From assembly GCA_050613775.1 (NCBI GenBank), contig JBODTK010000136.1:434001-472997 (forward strand): 38,997 bases of DNA. Direction: 5' to 3'. Under the pieces are notes generated by a model. That model did not search any database. It was not told the origin of the DNA and saw nothing but the letters and a program-made list of their open reading frames with translations. The DNA is from Neocallimastix sp. 'constans'. Its lineage: Eukaryota. Every line of letters begins with the position of its first letter. Positions within the stretch are counted from its first letter, which is position 1. Below are positions 1 through 16,111 of the stretch, piece after piece. The translations under genes and the position numbers were made by a program.

Positions 1-207
1 ATATTTGGACATAGTATATATTTTTTTTTAATTTGAAAACTATTAATAAACTATTAGTACTATGTATTAATTATATTACATTACTACAAAATACAAACAA
101 TTTCCTAACAAATCAGTATCTTATATTTGATGAAAATTTTAATAATTAAATTCAACTTTTTTTTTTTTTTTTTTTTTTCATTTAAATTTTAATATTACAT
201 TGAACCA

Positions 208-280
208 AATGGAAACATTAATTTGTCTTGAAATGGTAAAAGAAAATTTATAATTTTAATAATAAATTAATGTTTCCATT
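208..280. repeat. Perfect 17-bp inverted repeat with 39-nt spacer
   Basis: 208-224 AATGGAAACATTAATTT is the exact reverse complement of 264-280 AAATTAATGTTTCCATT. Confidence 0.85.
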
Positions 281-1108
281 AAATGCAAAGATAATTTTAA
301 ATATTAAAGCAAATTAAGTAAATGTATTTATAATATGGATGATAATTTCATATAAATAATATTGGTTGATTGTTTTGTTTTACCAATAATCCTTATAGTA
401 TTATCATTATTTCTATTAATTTTGGTTATGGTATAATGTCATTTTTTTATTTATTATATTATATTATTTCTCAATTATATTTATTATTTAAAATATTAAA
501 AAGTTTCAATATAAATTATTATAGTGTGTATGTGTTTAATTTTTATTCCTTTATTAGAATAAAAATCATTCAGGATGAATATTAATAAGCTATTCAATCA
601 ATATTTATATAAATAATTAAATTTAATAATATAAAAATTTATTTATAGTCACTAATTATTTGATGTTAAGTAATAATAATGAACTTTAAAAAAAGTATTT
701 TAAAGTAATACAAATTAAAAAATTAATATATTATAATAATATATTATGAATACAATATAATTAATAAATTATGATAAATTTTCAATTTGTTAATAAGTTT
801 AAAATAAAAGTTAAATTAATTTTCTTCTTTATTTATTTAAGCGAACAATAATTTTATAGATAATATACATTTTAAATTATATATATATATAAAAGAAAAG
901 AAAATTTGAAATTATTGTAATTATATTATTTTATTAATTATTTATTATTATTTATTTTATTAAAAAAATATAATATATCAAATAATATATATAATTATAA
1001 ATATTTTTCTTTTTATTTCCAGTAGATTTTGAAATTAAAATATTGTTTGAAATATTAAATATTTAAATGTTTGGTTATTTTATTTTTTTCCTGATAATAG
1101 ATAAAAAG

Positions 1109-2222
1109 ATGTCTAAAATATTTACGAAACGTTTAATGAAAGAACTTCGTGATTTACAACAAAATCCTCCAGCAGGTGTTGTTTTAGAGGATGTGTCAGA
1201 TTTAAATTGGTAATATGGAAATAAATTAGATTTCATATATATTTATTTGATATGTATCAATAATCAATTATAATGAATATTTATTTAATAAATAGTTGGA
1301 AAATAAATATTATTGGAGCTAAAGATACATTATATGAAGGAGAAACCTTCACTTTAAAAGTAAATATTTAAAATATTATATGTTAATTTTTTGATGAAGA
1401 TTTGGAAATTTCATAGAGTTAATATGGTTATAATACATTTTACAGTTTAGTTTCAGTAAAAATTATCCAATAGATTCTCCTGAGGTAAAATTAATATATG
1501 TATAAATGAAATACTTTTATCATAAAATATATTTATAAAAATAAAATATAGATTTATAACAATCAAAATTTAATAAAGAGTTATTAAATATATTTCAATA
1601 ACACTATTATTTATTTATTTATTATAGGTGGTATTTATTAATCATATACCAGTTCATCCTCATGTATATATATATTTTTTATTTATTATTATAATTTGAA
1701 ATTTAAATTTCTTATAAAATATTAATTTAATTTATTCTATATATATTAAAAAAATAGATATATAGGTATATTAACAATAAATAATTTCGGATTTTGTGAA
1801 TGTATTGCTTTAATAAAAATTTAAAAATATTTACAAATTATTTATATGTATAAATATTTATTTTTAATATATAGTAATGGTCATATCTGTTTATCTATCT
1901 TATATGATCAATGGTCTCCAGCATTAACTGTTACTTCCGTATGCTTAAGTATTATTAGTATGCTAAGTAGTTGTACAAGAAAAGTAAATTTTAATTCCTT
2001 TTTTTTTTTTTTTTATTATATATATATATATATGTAAATTAAATTTTTAAAATAAAAATAATATAAAATTTGAAATTTTATTTGTATGAAATATATATAT
2101 TATTTTACTAAGGTTCATCCAGTTGATAATGATAGATATGTTATGACAGCTAAAAGTAATCCTAAATTAACTACTTGGGAATTTTCAGGTAAAATTTTAC
2201 AATATTTATAAGAATAAATATC

Positions 2223-2253
<31 letters not shown>

Positions 2254-2348
2254 TATATGTTTCATTGATACCTTAAATTTTATATTATATTATTCTGTAT
2301 TAATTTAAAAAATTTTTAAATAAATTTAATATAGATGATACCGTTTAA
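1109..2348 (+). CDS. UBE2W: Ubiquitin-conjugating enzyme E2 W, 8 exons, about 148 aa
   Basis: Exons 1109-1209, 1296-1359, 1446-1484, 1628-1663, 1758-1765, 1875-1983, 2113-2188, 2335-2348 (447 nt, all GT-AG). Translation: [23 protein letters not shown]...[55 protein letters not shown]...WEFSDDTV*. The HPH (not HPN) motif, the GHICLSIL catalytic Cys and the W-x-x-x-DD-T C-terminus are characteristic of UBE2W. Confidence 0.92.
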
Positions 2349-3298
2349 GAAATTTATTATACTATTTTAAATTATTTTTTTTTATCTTCACGTTTATCAA
2401 TAAATATATATATATATTTAATAGTAATAATATTAATACAAAAATTAATTATAATAATCACTGAAATAATGACAATAATATATATAAGTTTAATAAATTA
2501 TAAGTCTAAAAAATTATTATTTTTTTTTTTTTTCAATTATTTTAATATAATTTATGAAGAAAAATAAAAAAAAAATAAAATAAAATAAAAATATAATAAT
2601 ATTATTTCTTCTTTTGAAATTAAATAAATAAATAAATAAATAATAATAATATAATAATAATAATAGTAAATTATTATTAATAATTAATAAATATATAATA
2701 CAAAAAATATATTTATTAAAAATAAAAAATATATATAAATCGCCATAAAATATATAAAAATTAAATCAACACAAATATAAATAAAAATAAAAATAATAAA
2801 AATAATTATTATCTAATAAAAATGTTTTGATATAAAAAATTATAAATAAAAATATATCAATATAAAATATACTGTATATTATATAATAGAAGTATTTTTT
2901 TTTTATAAATTATATTGGCTATATGTATTATAATTGATTGGATATGGATGAACAATTTATATTTTCCATATATTATTTATATATAGAATATATATTTAAA
3001 ATATTGATTCCATTTATTATAGTATATTGATTAATATATGAAAAATATTTCTGTATATATTTTTATAATTATATATATATATAAAATTTTTTTTTTTTTC
3101 TTTGCAAAAAGTAAAACTATTTTTGAAGTGTAAGATTTAAATATTATTATTGTTGAAATTTAGTTTATTTGTCAAGAAATATTTTTAAAAATACATTTAA
3201 AAAATTTTGAAATAAAGTTCTGTATTCTAAAAATTAAAAGATTAAAATATTAAATTTATTTTAATTAATATTGGTTTTAAAAATAGAAAGAAAAAAAG

Positions 3299-5942
3299 AT
3301 GACTGCTGAAGATCAAAAACCAAAATTCATTCTTCCAAAGATTTCTGACAATGTTAATGGTTGGGGTCCACTTGAAAATGATATTCCAGATAATCTTGTA
3401 GATATTCCTTACGCTCCATTCTCAAAATCTGAACGTATTGGTAAGATTGCTGATTGGACTACTGGTCAAGATTATGTAAATGACAAGCGTAAGAACTACC
3501 AAAGAAATGGTAAACATAAACGAAAATTCAAATTTATAATTCAAAAAAATATATATATATAAATTTATTTTATTTTTAATTATTATTATAAAGTTAATAA
3601 TTGAAAAAAAATAATATAGTTTTTTTATTTATATATATATAAATATATATAAAGTAAAAATTAAAAAATAATAAATTAAGATAATTAGATAAAATCGATT
3701 TTTTAAATTTAATAATATATTAATATAATCATAATTATATTATATTATCATTTCTATAGATCAAATCTATGGTAGTGGAATGGCTAATGCTTTCAATTAT
3801 CGTTTCGCTGCTGAAGAAGAAGCTTCATTCTCCCTTGTTGATAGAGCTGCTTCTGCCAATAAGAAGAGTACTAGTTACCGTACCGCTCAAAAAGTATTTT
3901 ATAAACCATAATAATTAGAAAATAATAATTGGATTCTTTCTTTAAAATTTAGTATAATTTATATTGTGAGATACTTAAATATTTTTTTTAAATACTTTGA
4001 ATTTATTAACATGTAAATAGCAAAATCGTCAAAGTTCTAAGCTCGTTCGTAGTTTCCGTGCTCCATATCAACAAGGTTACAACCGTAACAAGAATGGTCG
4101 TCGTTTCAATCGTCAAGATGTTAAGGTAATTATTTATTATGAAATTGATAATATATTAAATCAAAAAAATTACTAAATATTATTTTTGATAATTTAATAT
4201 TATTATGTAATTAAAGATTCTTGATGATGCTGTTAAAATCGGTGACCAATGGAAGGTTATTGAAGATATTGATATGAACAAATTAGCTAAATCTACCTTC
4301 ACTGTTAATGACCCAAGTGATATGTATGTACATATATATTTTTTAAAATAATACATGAAAAGTTATTTATAAGAAATATCTAATATTTATAATTATTATA
4401 AATAACAAAGTTCTGTTTATGGTACTCTTAACTATTATGATCAAGCTGTTGATCGTATCTCAGCTAAGTCTGGTGTTGCTTTAAAGGCTGCTAAAAGAGT
4501 TATTGATAATCCAAGTACTGCTGATGATGAAGTCATTCAATCTGTAAGTTGAACCTTTATATATATATTTAATAGAGAAGTGAAATTTGAATATTAATTA
4601 TAGCGATAAAATGAATTATATAAAATATAAAGATTGCTAAATCTACCACTGGAAGAGCTGTATTTGCTACCGACTCTATTATATCTACTTTAATGTGTGC
4701 TCCTCGTTCCGTTTATCCATGGGATATTGTTATTACTAAGTGTGGTGATCAAATATTCTTTGATAAACGTGATGATAGTCAAGCTTTCGGTAAATATAAA
4801 TAATTTAGTTTTATTTAGTGTATGAAAGATTATTTATTAAATTTAAACTTTATTAAATTTTAATAAATTAGATTACTTTACTGTTAATGAAAACGCTACT
4901 GATAATTCTATGGATACAAGTGATATTATTAATGCTCCATCTCAACTCTCTGAAGAAACTACAAGAAACTGCAAGTGCTTCGCTGAACAATCTGTTGATA
5001 AGGTAAATATAATTTATATATTATTTTTTTATTTTTGTAATTCAATATAGGATATATATTTATATATAAATATAATTTTTAATAATATTAATGATAATAA
5101 TAATAGGAAACCAAATATCAATTTAAAGAAAGTTATCCATTCAATGATGAAGAAAGTAATGAGGCAATTGGTTCTGTTGCATACCGTTATCGTAAGTGGG
5201 CTCTTAATTCTGCTAACGAAGAACCAATTTCTTTAATTGTTCGTACTACTTTAGATGCTGCTTTCCAACAAAAGAGTAACTTGATTGCCAATAAGGTTCA
5301 AACCATGGAACCAGTTGAATCTACTTACCCATTAGATGAAACTTTATTCCTTAACGTTAGAACTGTCGATGAATTTGACTTATACAGAAATACAAGCTGG
5401 AGAAAGAGTTTAGATAACCAAAAAGTTGGTTGTATTACATCTGAATTCAGAAGTAACTTCAACAAGCTTTCCAAGTGGGCTGTTGAAAGTATTTTAAGTG
5501 GTGCCGATTACATCAAATTTGGTTTTATTTCTCGTGTTAACAATAAGGATAATAAGAGACACGAAATTTTAGGTACTCACACTTTCAAACCAAGAGAATT
5601 CGCTAATCACTTACAATTAACTATTGAAAATTCATGGGGTATCTTAAAGGAAGTTGTTGATAAGTTAATGACTTTAGAAGATGGTAAATTTGTTCTTGTC
5701 AAGGATGCTATTAAGGTAATTATAAGCAAATTAACATTAAAAGTAAATTAAAATAAAAAGATCAAAATTAAAAATTAAATAAATATTAATTAAATTATTA
5801 TTTTATTATTTTACTATTTTATTCTATTCAATTTTTTTTTTTTATTTTTCATTTTATGTATAAATAGAACACTTTCACTTTATACTCTGTTCCAGATAAC
5901 GCTTTCGATGAAAGTGATAATGAAGATGAAGATTCCAGTTAA
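3299..5942 (+). CDS. EIF3D: Eukaryotic translation initiation factor 3 subunit D, 9 exons, about 553 aa
   Basis: Exons 3299-3509, 3760-3893, 4021-4125, 4217-4323, 4411-4543, 4633-4789, 4872-5002, 5107-5715, 5868-5942 (1662 nt, in frame). Motifs: [85 protein letters not shown], and an acidic C-terminal tail. Confidence 0.95.
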
Positions 5943-6353
5943 ATTTATTTATAAGAATGATTAAAAATAACTTATTTATATATAAAAAATGGTTATACAT
6001 TTAAAAGGGAATTTTTTAATTTCTTTTTTTATAAATTTAGAATTATTAGTAACTATTAAATTTTTCATTTTAAAAAGAAAAAATTTCTTATATATATAAA
6101 ATTTTATTAAAAAAAATTTTTTTTTTTTATTATTTTATTTTCAAATATATAATTTAATTCATCAACATTAAAATTAAAAATAAATATATATATATATAAA
6201 ATTATATATAAAATATAAATTATTAAAAAGAAAAGAGAAAAAAAAAAAAAAAATCAAATATTCAATAAAAATAAAAATAAAAATGCAAAAAAAAAAAAAA
6301 AAAAGTTTAAATTTATTTCTTTTGTATTAATATTATATGTTCTTATTTTTATT

Positions 6354-6402
<49 letters not shown>

Positions 6403-6562
6403 TTATTATTTTTTTTTTTAATTTTTTTTTGCTTATTTTTTATAATACTATTTGCTTGAATTTAGAAAGTTTTATATTTTTTTTTATAATTTAAATTATT
6501 TTAATTATTAATTATAATTTTTGAGTAATTTTTTCTTATTATTGAAATTTATTTTATTCTAT

Positions 6563-6832
6563 TCACATTTCACCACATTCAACAATAGTAACAGGTATCT
6601 AAATAATATGTTTATAAATAATATTAGCTTCTAAAATCACATTCACATGATTTAATGAATTTTTTTTTTTTAATTATAAATTATTATTATTATTATTATT
6701 ATTTTATGGTACCTTTGGTCTACTATTTTTACCGATTGGGACATTTTCAATTTTTCTCAAAGTTAATAAACCATCAATTAATCTGTAATATATAAATTTT
6801 ACATTTTGAGTTTTAAATTTATTCATATAATT

Positions 6833-6864
<32 letters not shown>

Positions 6865-7886
6865 ATATAAAAATTAATAAATTATATTATAAAATTAATA
6901 TTAAAATTTAAAAATATAAAATTATTTATTGTTGAATTATTTAATATTTTTTTTTAACATACTTTCCAAATACAACATATTTTCCATCAAGGAAATCACA
7001 TTTATTACAAGTAATGAAAAATTGAGAACCATTCGTATGTGGTCCACTATTAGCCTAATAATTTATTAATCGTACATAAAAAAAAAGAAAAAAAAAAAAA
7101 GAGAAATATTTTTAATACATGAATAGAATATATTTATATTAATTATATCAATAATAATATTAATAAAATTGTTAAAATTAATTTACCATAGATAATAGTC
7201 CTGGTCCTGAATGTTTTAATTCTAAATTTTCATCTTCGAATTTTTCACCATATATACTGAAACCACCAGTACCATCATTCTTTATAGATAATTATATTTT
7301 TTTATTAATATTAATGAACCATAAATTTTATTAATCTATTTTAATTTGTTTAAAACTTTACAAATATATAATATTTACCTTTTCAAAATCACCACCTTGA
7401 ACCATGAAATCTAATAATTGAATATAATTATTGAATTTTTTTTTGAATTATTAAATTGATTTTATTAAAAATATAAATAATAATAATAAAATATATATAT
7501 ATATATATTATAAATTATACATTTAATTAATAATACCTTTAATAACTCTATGGAATTGACATCCTTTATAACCTTGTGGAATACCATTTTTTCTTTTAAA
7601 TATATATATTTAAATTAATAAATAAAAAATAAAGAAATTTATTTTTAGTCTTTTTATATTTATTAATAATTTACCTGTATTCTCCTGTACAGAATTGTCT
7701 AAAGTTCTCTGCAGTTTTTGGAACAACATCAGCAAATAATTCCATCTTCATTCTTCCTGCTGGTTGTTTTCCAATTCTATTTTAAATGGAACATTAATTT
7801 TAATTTTTATTTTTATTATTATTAATTTATAATGAATTGGTTTGATAAATTGATTTTAATTATATAATAATTTAATATCAACATTG

Positions 7887-7953
<67 letters not shown>

Positions 7954-8011
7954 AAGAAATTACTTACTCAATATCAAAAAATACAACTGGATTTCTTTTT
8001 TCAGAGGCCAT
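6563..8011 (-). CDS. PPIH: Peptidyl-prolyl cis-trans isomerase, cyclophilin H type (U4/U6 snRNP-associated), 8 exons, about 174 aa
   Basis: Not in the ORF track. Minus-strand exons 8011-7968, 7776-7675, 7592-7537, 7410-7379, 7279-7187, 7054-6963, 6782-6713, 6598-6563 (525 nt). Translation: [76 protein letters not shown]...[51 protein letters not shown]...ECGEM*. The [20 protein letters not shown] loop and CGEM end are typical of PPIH. Confidence 0.92.
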
Positions 8012-8448
8012 GATTTTTATTTTAATGATATTATAAACTTTTTTAATTATATAAAATATAAAATAAAAAATAAAAAATGTATATAAAAATAATATTTAAA
8101 GTATTTATTATTTTTTTCTAAATATATATTTTATCCAATAATTTTTATGATTAATTTCTTAATATATAAACATATTATACATATTATACACAAAAAAATT
8201 TTATTAAATTAAAAAAACTATTAGTACCACATCTGTAAAAAATTTCTTAAATTTTATTTATTTGTTTTTTTTTTTTTTTTTAATTTATTATTAACTAATT
8301 AAAATTTTAAAAGTAAATATAATTATATATATTTATAGATATAATTATTTTATTAAATTATTTTATTTTTATTTTTATTTTTATTTTTATTTTTATTTTT
8401 ATTTTTTTTTTTAATAATTACTTTGAATTTCAAGGCTAAATATTAATA
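8012..8448. promoter_or_regulatory. Probable bidirectional promoter between head-to-head PPIH and the coiled-coil gene
   Basis: 437-bp AT-rich spacer between divergent ATGs at 8011 (-) and 8449 (+). No specific motif was identified. Confidence 0.45.
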
Positions 8449-12788
<4,340 letters not shown>

Positions 12789-13002
12789 TAATTTTTTTTT
12801 ATTAAAATTAATATTATATATTTTAATTTTAGATAATATATTAAAAAAAATTTTATTTTTTTTTTTTTTTTTTTTAATTTTTTATTTCAGAAATAAGAAA
12901 ATTTTATTGCTATTCTTTAAAAATATTAAGAAGTCAATATGTGTATATATAATTTATATGTTATTTATGTATTATTTTTAATTTTTCTATGTATATATTT
13001 TT

Positions 13003-13048
<46 letters not shown>

Positions 13049-13285
13049 AAGTTGTATATAAATTTTAACATATTTAAATTTTTAATTTATATATTTTTAT
13101 TATATGTATATATTAGTTTGTGTAAAGTATTATCAATATCATATGAATTTTTATCATAATATATATAAAACGCCACATAAAACCTCATTAGTATTGCTTT
13201 ATTCTTTGTATAAATAGTTTTTGTATAGTTTAATTAAACTTTTAATTTCTATAAAAAAAATTAAATCTATGTTAATAATATAAAA

Positions 13286-13348
<63 letters not shown>

Positions 13349-13350
13349 AT
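13286..13350 (+). repeat. (TAAA)n microsatellite left of the retroelement, inverted relative to (TTTA)n at about 15923-15970
   Basis: Directly visible tandem TAAA units. Confidence 0.85.
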
Positions 13351-13399
13351 ATAAGAAACAAAAAATAAATATATATAAAATACTACATGTGTCGCATTG

Positions 13400-13421
13400 T
13401 TTGAATCCACAACCTTGAATA
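13400..13421 (+). repeat. 22-nt direct repeat, copy 1 (TTTGAATCCACAACCTTGAATA)
   Basis: Identical to 15901-15922; the two copies bracket the Gypsy relic. Confidence 0.9.
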
Positions 13422-13696
13422 GATTAAGAGTCTCATTTGACTCAAAAGAGACAACTCGAAAATAAAAATCCTTAAGGAAATATTAAATCTATTTATTTTT
13501 TAAAAAATCAACTATTATTTTTTTTTAAAAAAACTTTCATCATGGTAATAATTGCTAACAACTATACCAGTAATAATATTGTCTGAAATTTAATTTTTTT
13601 TTTTATTTTTAAAGCTTTATTGAAAAATTTTAACTAAATATTAAAATTTTAAAAAATAATAAAATAATTATTTATAATTTATTGATTCTGTTAATA
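13418..13696 (-). repeat. Putative 3' LTR of the Gypsy relic (about 280 bp)
   Basis: Starts TATTAACAG (probably a mutated TGTTAA) right after the polypurine tract and ends TGAGACTCTTAATCTATT. That end matches 28284-28301, where the minus strand continues to a canonical ...ATTAACA terminus. Confidence 0.55.
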
Positions 13697-13697
13697 A

Positions 13698-13708
13698 CTC
13701 TCTCCCTT
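13698..13708 (-). promoter_or_regulatory. Polypurine tract (PPT) of the Gypsy element
   Basis: Minus-strand AAGGGAGAGAG about 10 nt after the pol stop codon and immediately before the putative LTR. Confidence 0.7.
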
Positions 13709-14184
13709 AAAGACGAATTCAAGACGTCTTAGGTTTAGGTTTTATTTGAGTACTTCTTGTGGAATTCAGAGAGAAGTTTATTAAAGTGAAGATTCTCAAA
13801 TGTCTATAAGTTTTCAGAATCATTATAACCTTTCTAATGAATTAAAATATTTGATTTAGTTATGAAATTTCTTTGAATCAAGAATAGATTCAACTTCATA
13901 TTCTTATTCTCCATAAAGTATAATAGGTTATGGAATAGTTTTCCTAGTTTTAAAGGTAAATGCTCAATATGTAAAAAATATATATACTGTTTTTGTTTAT
14001 ATTCTTATAGTAATTGCTATGAATTTAATGATATATAGGGTTTTTTTTCTTTCTTTAAATTTATTTTCGTGAGCTGATTCAAAGAAATAAAACTTGGAAT
14101 ACTGGGAAAATCTTAAGAGAGTTTGGTCATTTTAATTTAAAACATATCTCTGATATTTTCTTTGTTTTCTTTGGAGCAAGTTTT

Positions 14185-14219
<35 letters not shown>

Positions 14220-15900
14220 CATTTATTAAATCGTTTCATAGCAGCCAAACTTTTTGAACCAACTTTTAAATTCAAGAGGAGACATATGTTTATCATAATA
14301 TTTTTTCTGAAAATCTGCTATATTTTTGAAGATTTTTTTTTTATGTAAATTTCTTAATTATTTTAACTCTTTAACAATAATTTCAGCACGAGGAACAATA
14401 GTAGCATCTGGAGTAGAAGGATCATTTGAATAACACTTTTTAATTTCATTTTGGAGGTTTGATTCAATAGAAATTCTTGAAACAAAAATTTTCAGGTTTA
14501 AGCATTTGATCACGCTTAGAAAGATCATGATTATATGATTATCTTAATCTGAGCGGCGAGATAAAGCATCAGGTTTACTACCGCCTGAACTTGGGCGATA
14601 TTCAATTTAAAAGTCAAATCGAGTATAGAACATTAATAATTTAGTTAAACTTTGTGATAGTTGTTCAAATTTCTTAAAGTATGGAAGGTTTTTGTCTTCG
14701 AAAAGAACCTTCATAGTTTTCTTAAACACCTTCTAAATTAGTGGCTCCAATTTTCAAAAGCTGTCTTTATAGCAAGTTTACTCTTTATTATAAATTGAGT
14801 AATTAAATTCAACAGATGTAAAAACTTTTAAATAAAAAAGCAATCGAACGAAACCTATTATCCTTTGAACTAACTAGGGATAAAAAATATCCAAGAACAA
14901 ATTTATCTGAGTCTATTTCAACATTAAATTGAAAATTTGAATTAGCAGAAATAAAAATGGAAGCAGAAGTAAATAAATGTTTAAGAAATTCAAAGGAGTC
15001 AAGGAGGTAGCTTCTTTTGTCCATACAAAAAGAATATTTTTCCTTGTAAGGTTATTAATAGGATAAGCTATTTTGGCAAAACTTTTAATAAATCATCTGT
15101 AGTAACAGACTAGGCCAAGGAACGATTAAACTTCTTTAACTGGGATTGGAGCGGGCCAATCCAAAATAGCTGTAGCTGAAACCTTTTTTAATATTCATCT
15201 TAAACCCTTCGAAAGATTCATAGTATCCCAGAAATTTAACTTCGGACTTGGCAAACTCACATTTTTCAAGTTTAATAGTAAGGAGGGGTAGATTGCACTA
15301 TAATAAAATATAGAATTAAGTTTAAAGTCAATAGCTCTATCGATACTAAAATAAAGAGATAAGATTTTAGCCTCTTCTTCATTAAATCATTAAATGCATC
15401 AAAGAATTCTTGGCAAATAATGAGTAGTTTTTGTTTTTGGAGTATCAATGTTTGGAATGGAAAGGATTGAATTTTTCAATAATAAAAGAGAAGTAGAAAA
15501 ATTATCATTTAAAGAATTATTAAGAGTGCATGAATTGGAGTAGGTTGATTTTGAAGCGATAGAGTCAGAAGTAAGAGAAACTAAAGTAGAACTAATAGAA
15601 GATGTAAACATATGGATATTAAATATACAAATATGTAAATTGAAAAGCAAACGAAGAAAAAAAAAAAAATAAAATAACATTAAGATATGTTGAAACAAAT
15701 AATATGGTATCAGATTCATTAACTAAAAATAATTTCATGATCAAAAATAAAACTTTCAGATTTAATTTTTAAATAAAAATAAAAAAAGAAAAAAAAATTT
15801 TTTTTTTTTTTTGTTGTAATTATTTAATGCAAATCTAGGTGGATGTTAGAAAATAAAATTTAATATGTCTATAATTATTTTGTGTAATTTTTTCATGTTC

Positions 15901-15922
15901 TTTGAATCCACAACCTTGAATA
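15901..15922 (+). repeat. 22-nt direct repeat, copy 2
   Basis: Identical to 13400-13421. Confidence 0.9.
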
Positions 15923-16111
15923 TATTTATTTATTTATTTATTTATATATTTATTTATTTATTTATTTATTTTTATTATTAATAAAAATTATATATATATT
16001 TTTAATTATAAAATAAAGAAATACAAAATAATAAATAATAGATAAATTTTAATATTATTTTTTTTTTTTTTTTGTTATTTTATTAACAATTTTAATAATA
16101 AAAAAATAATA

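Larger units (their letters stand above)
13418..15900 (-). mobile_element. Degenerate, internally deleted Ty3/Gypsy chromovirus LTR retrotransposon (pseudo-pol plus 3' LTR)
   Basis: Minus-strand remnants, with stops and frameshifts, occur in Gypsy order. Pre-RT: QEFFDAF..EEEAKIL..IDRAIDFK..AIYP (about 15420-15280). RT C-terminus: KLEKCEFAKSEVKFLGY and ILDWPAPIPVKEV*SFLGLVCYYR*FIKSFAKIAYP (15270-15060). RNase H: FNVEIDSDKFVLGYFLS, EFNYSIYNKE, DF*IEYRPSSGGSKPDALSRRSD (14940-14545). Then an integrase Zn-finger remnant, a GPY/F-module KISEICFKLK*PNSLKIFPVFQV (about 14160-14090), and chromodomain EYEVESILDSKKFH..IH*KGYNDSENL*..EFHKKYSNKPKP (13905-13725). Confidence 0.9.

Noticed and set aside
370..585. 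71-aa ORF
   Set aside because: It has a non-ATG start and F/Y/I/N-rich composition typical of random AT-rich DNA, with no motif or splice support.
14809..15719. ORFs 14809-15024 and 15399-15719 as host genes
   Set aside because: They are open stretches of the decayed Gypsy pol; the first is part of the RNase H region.
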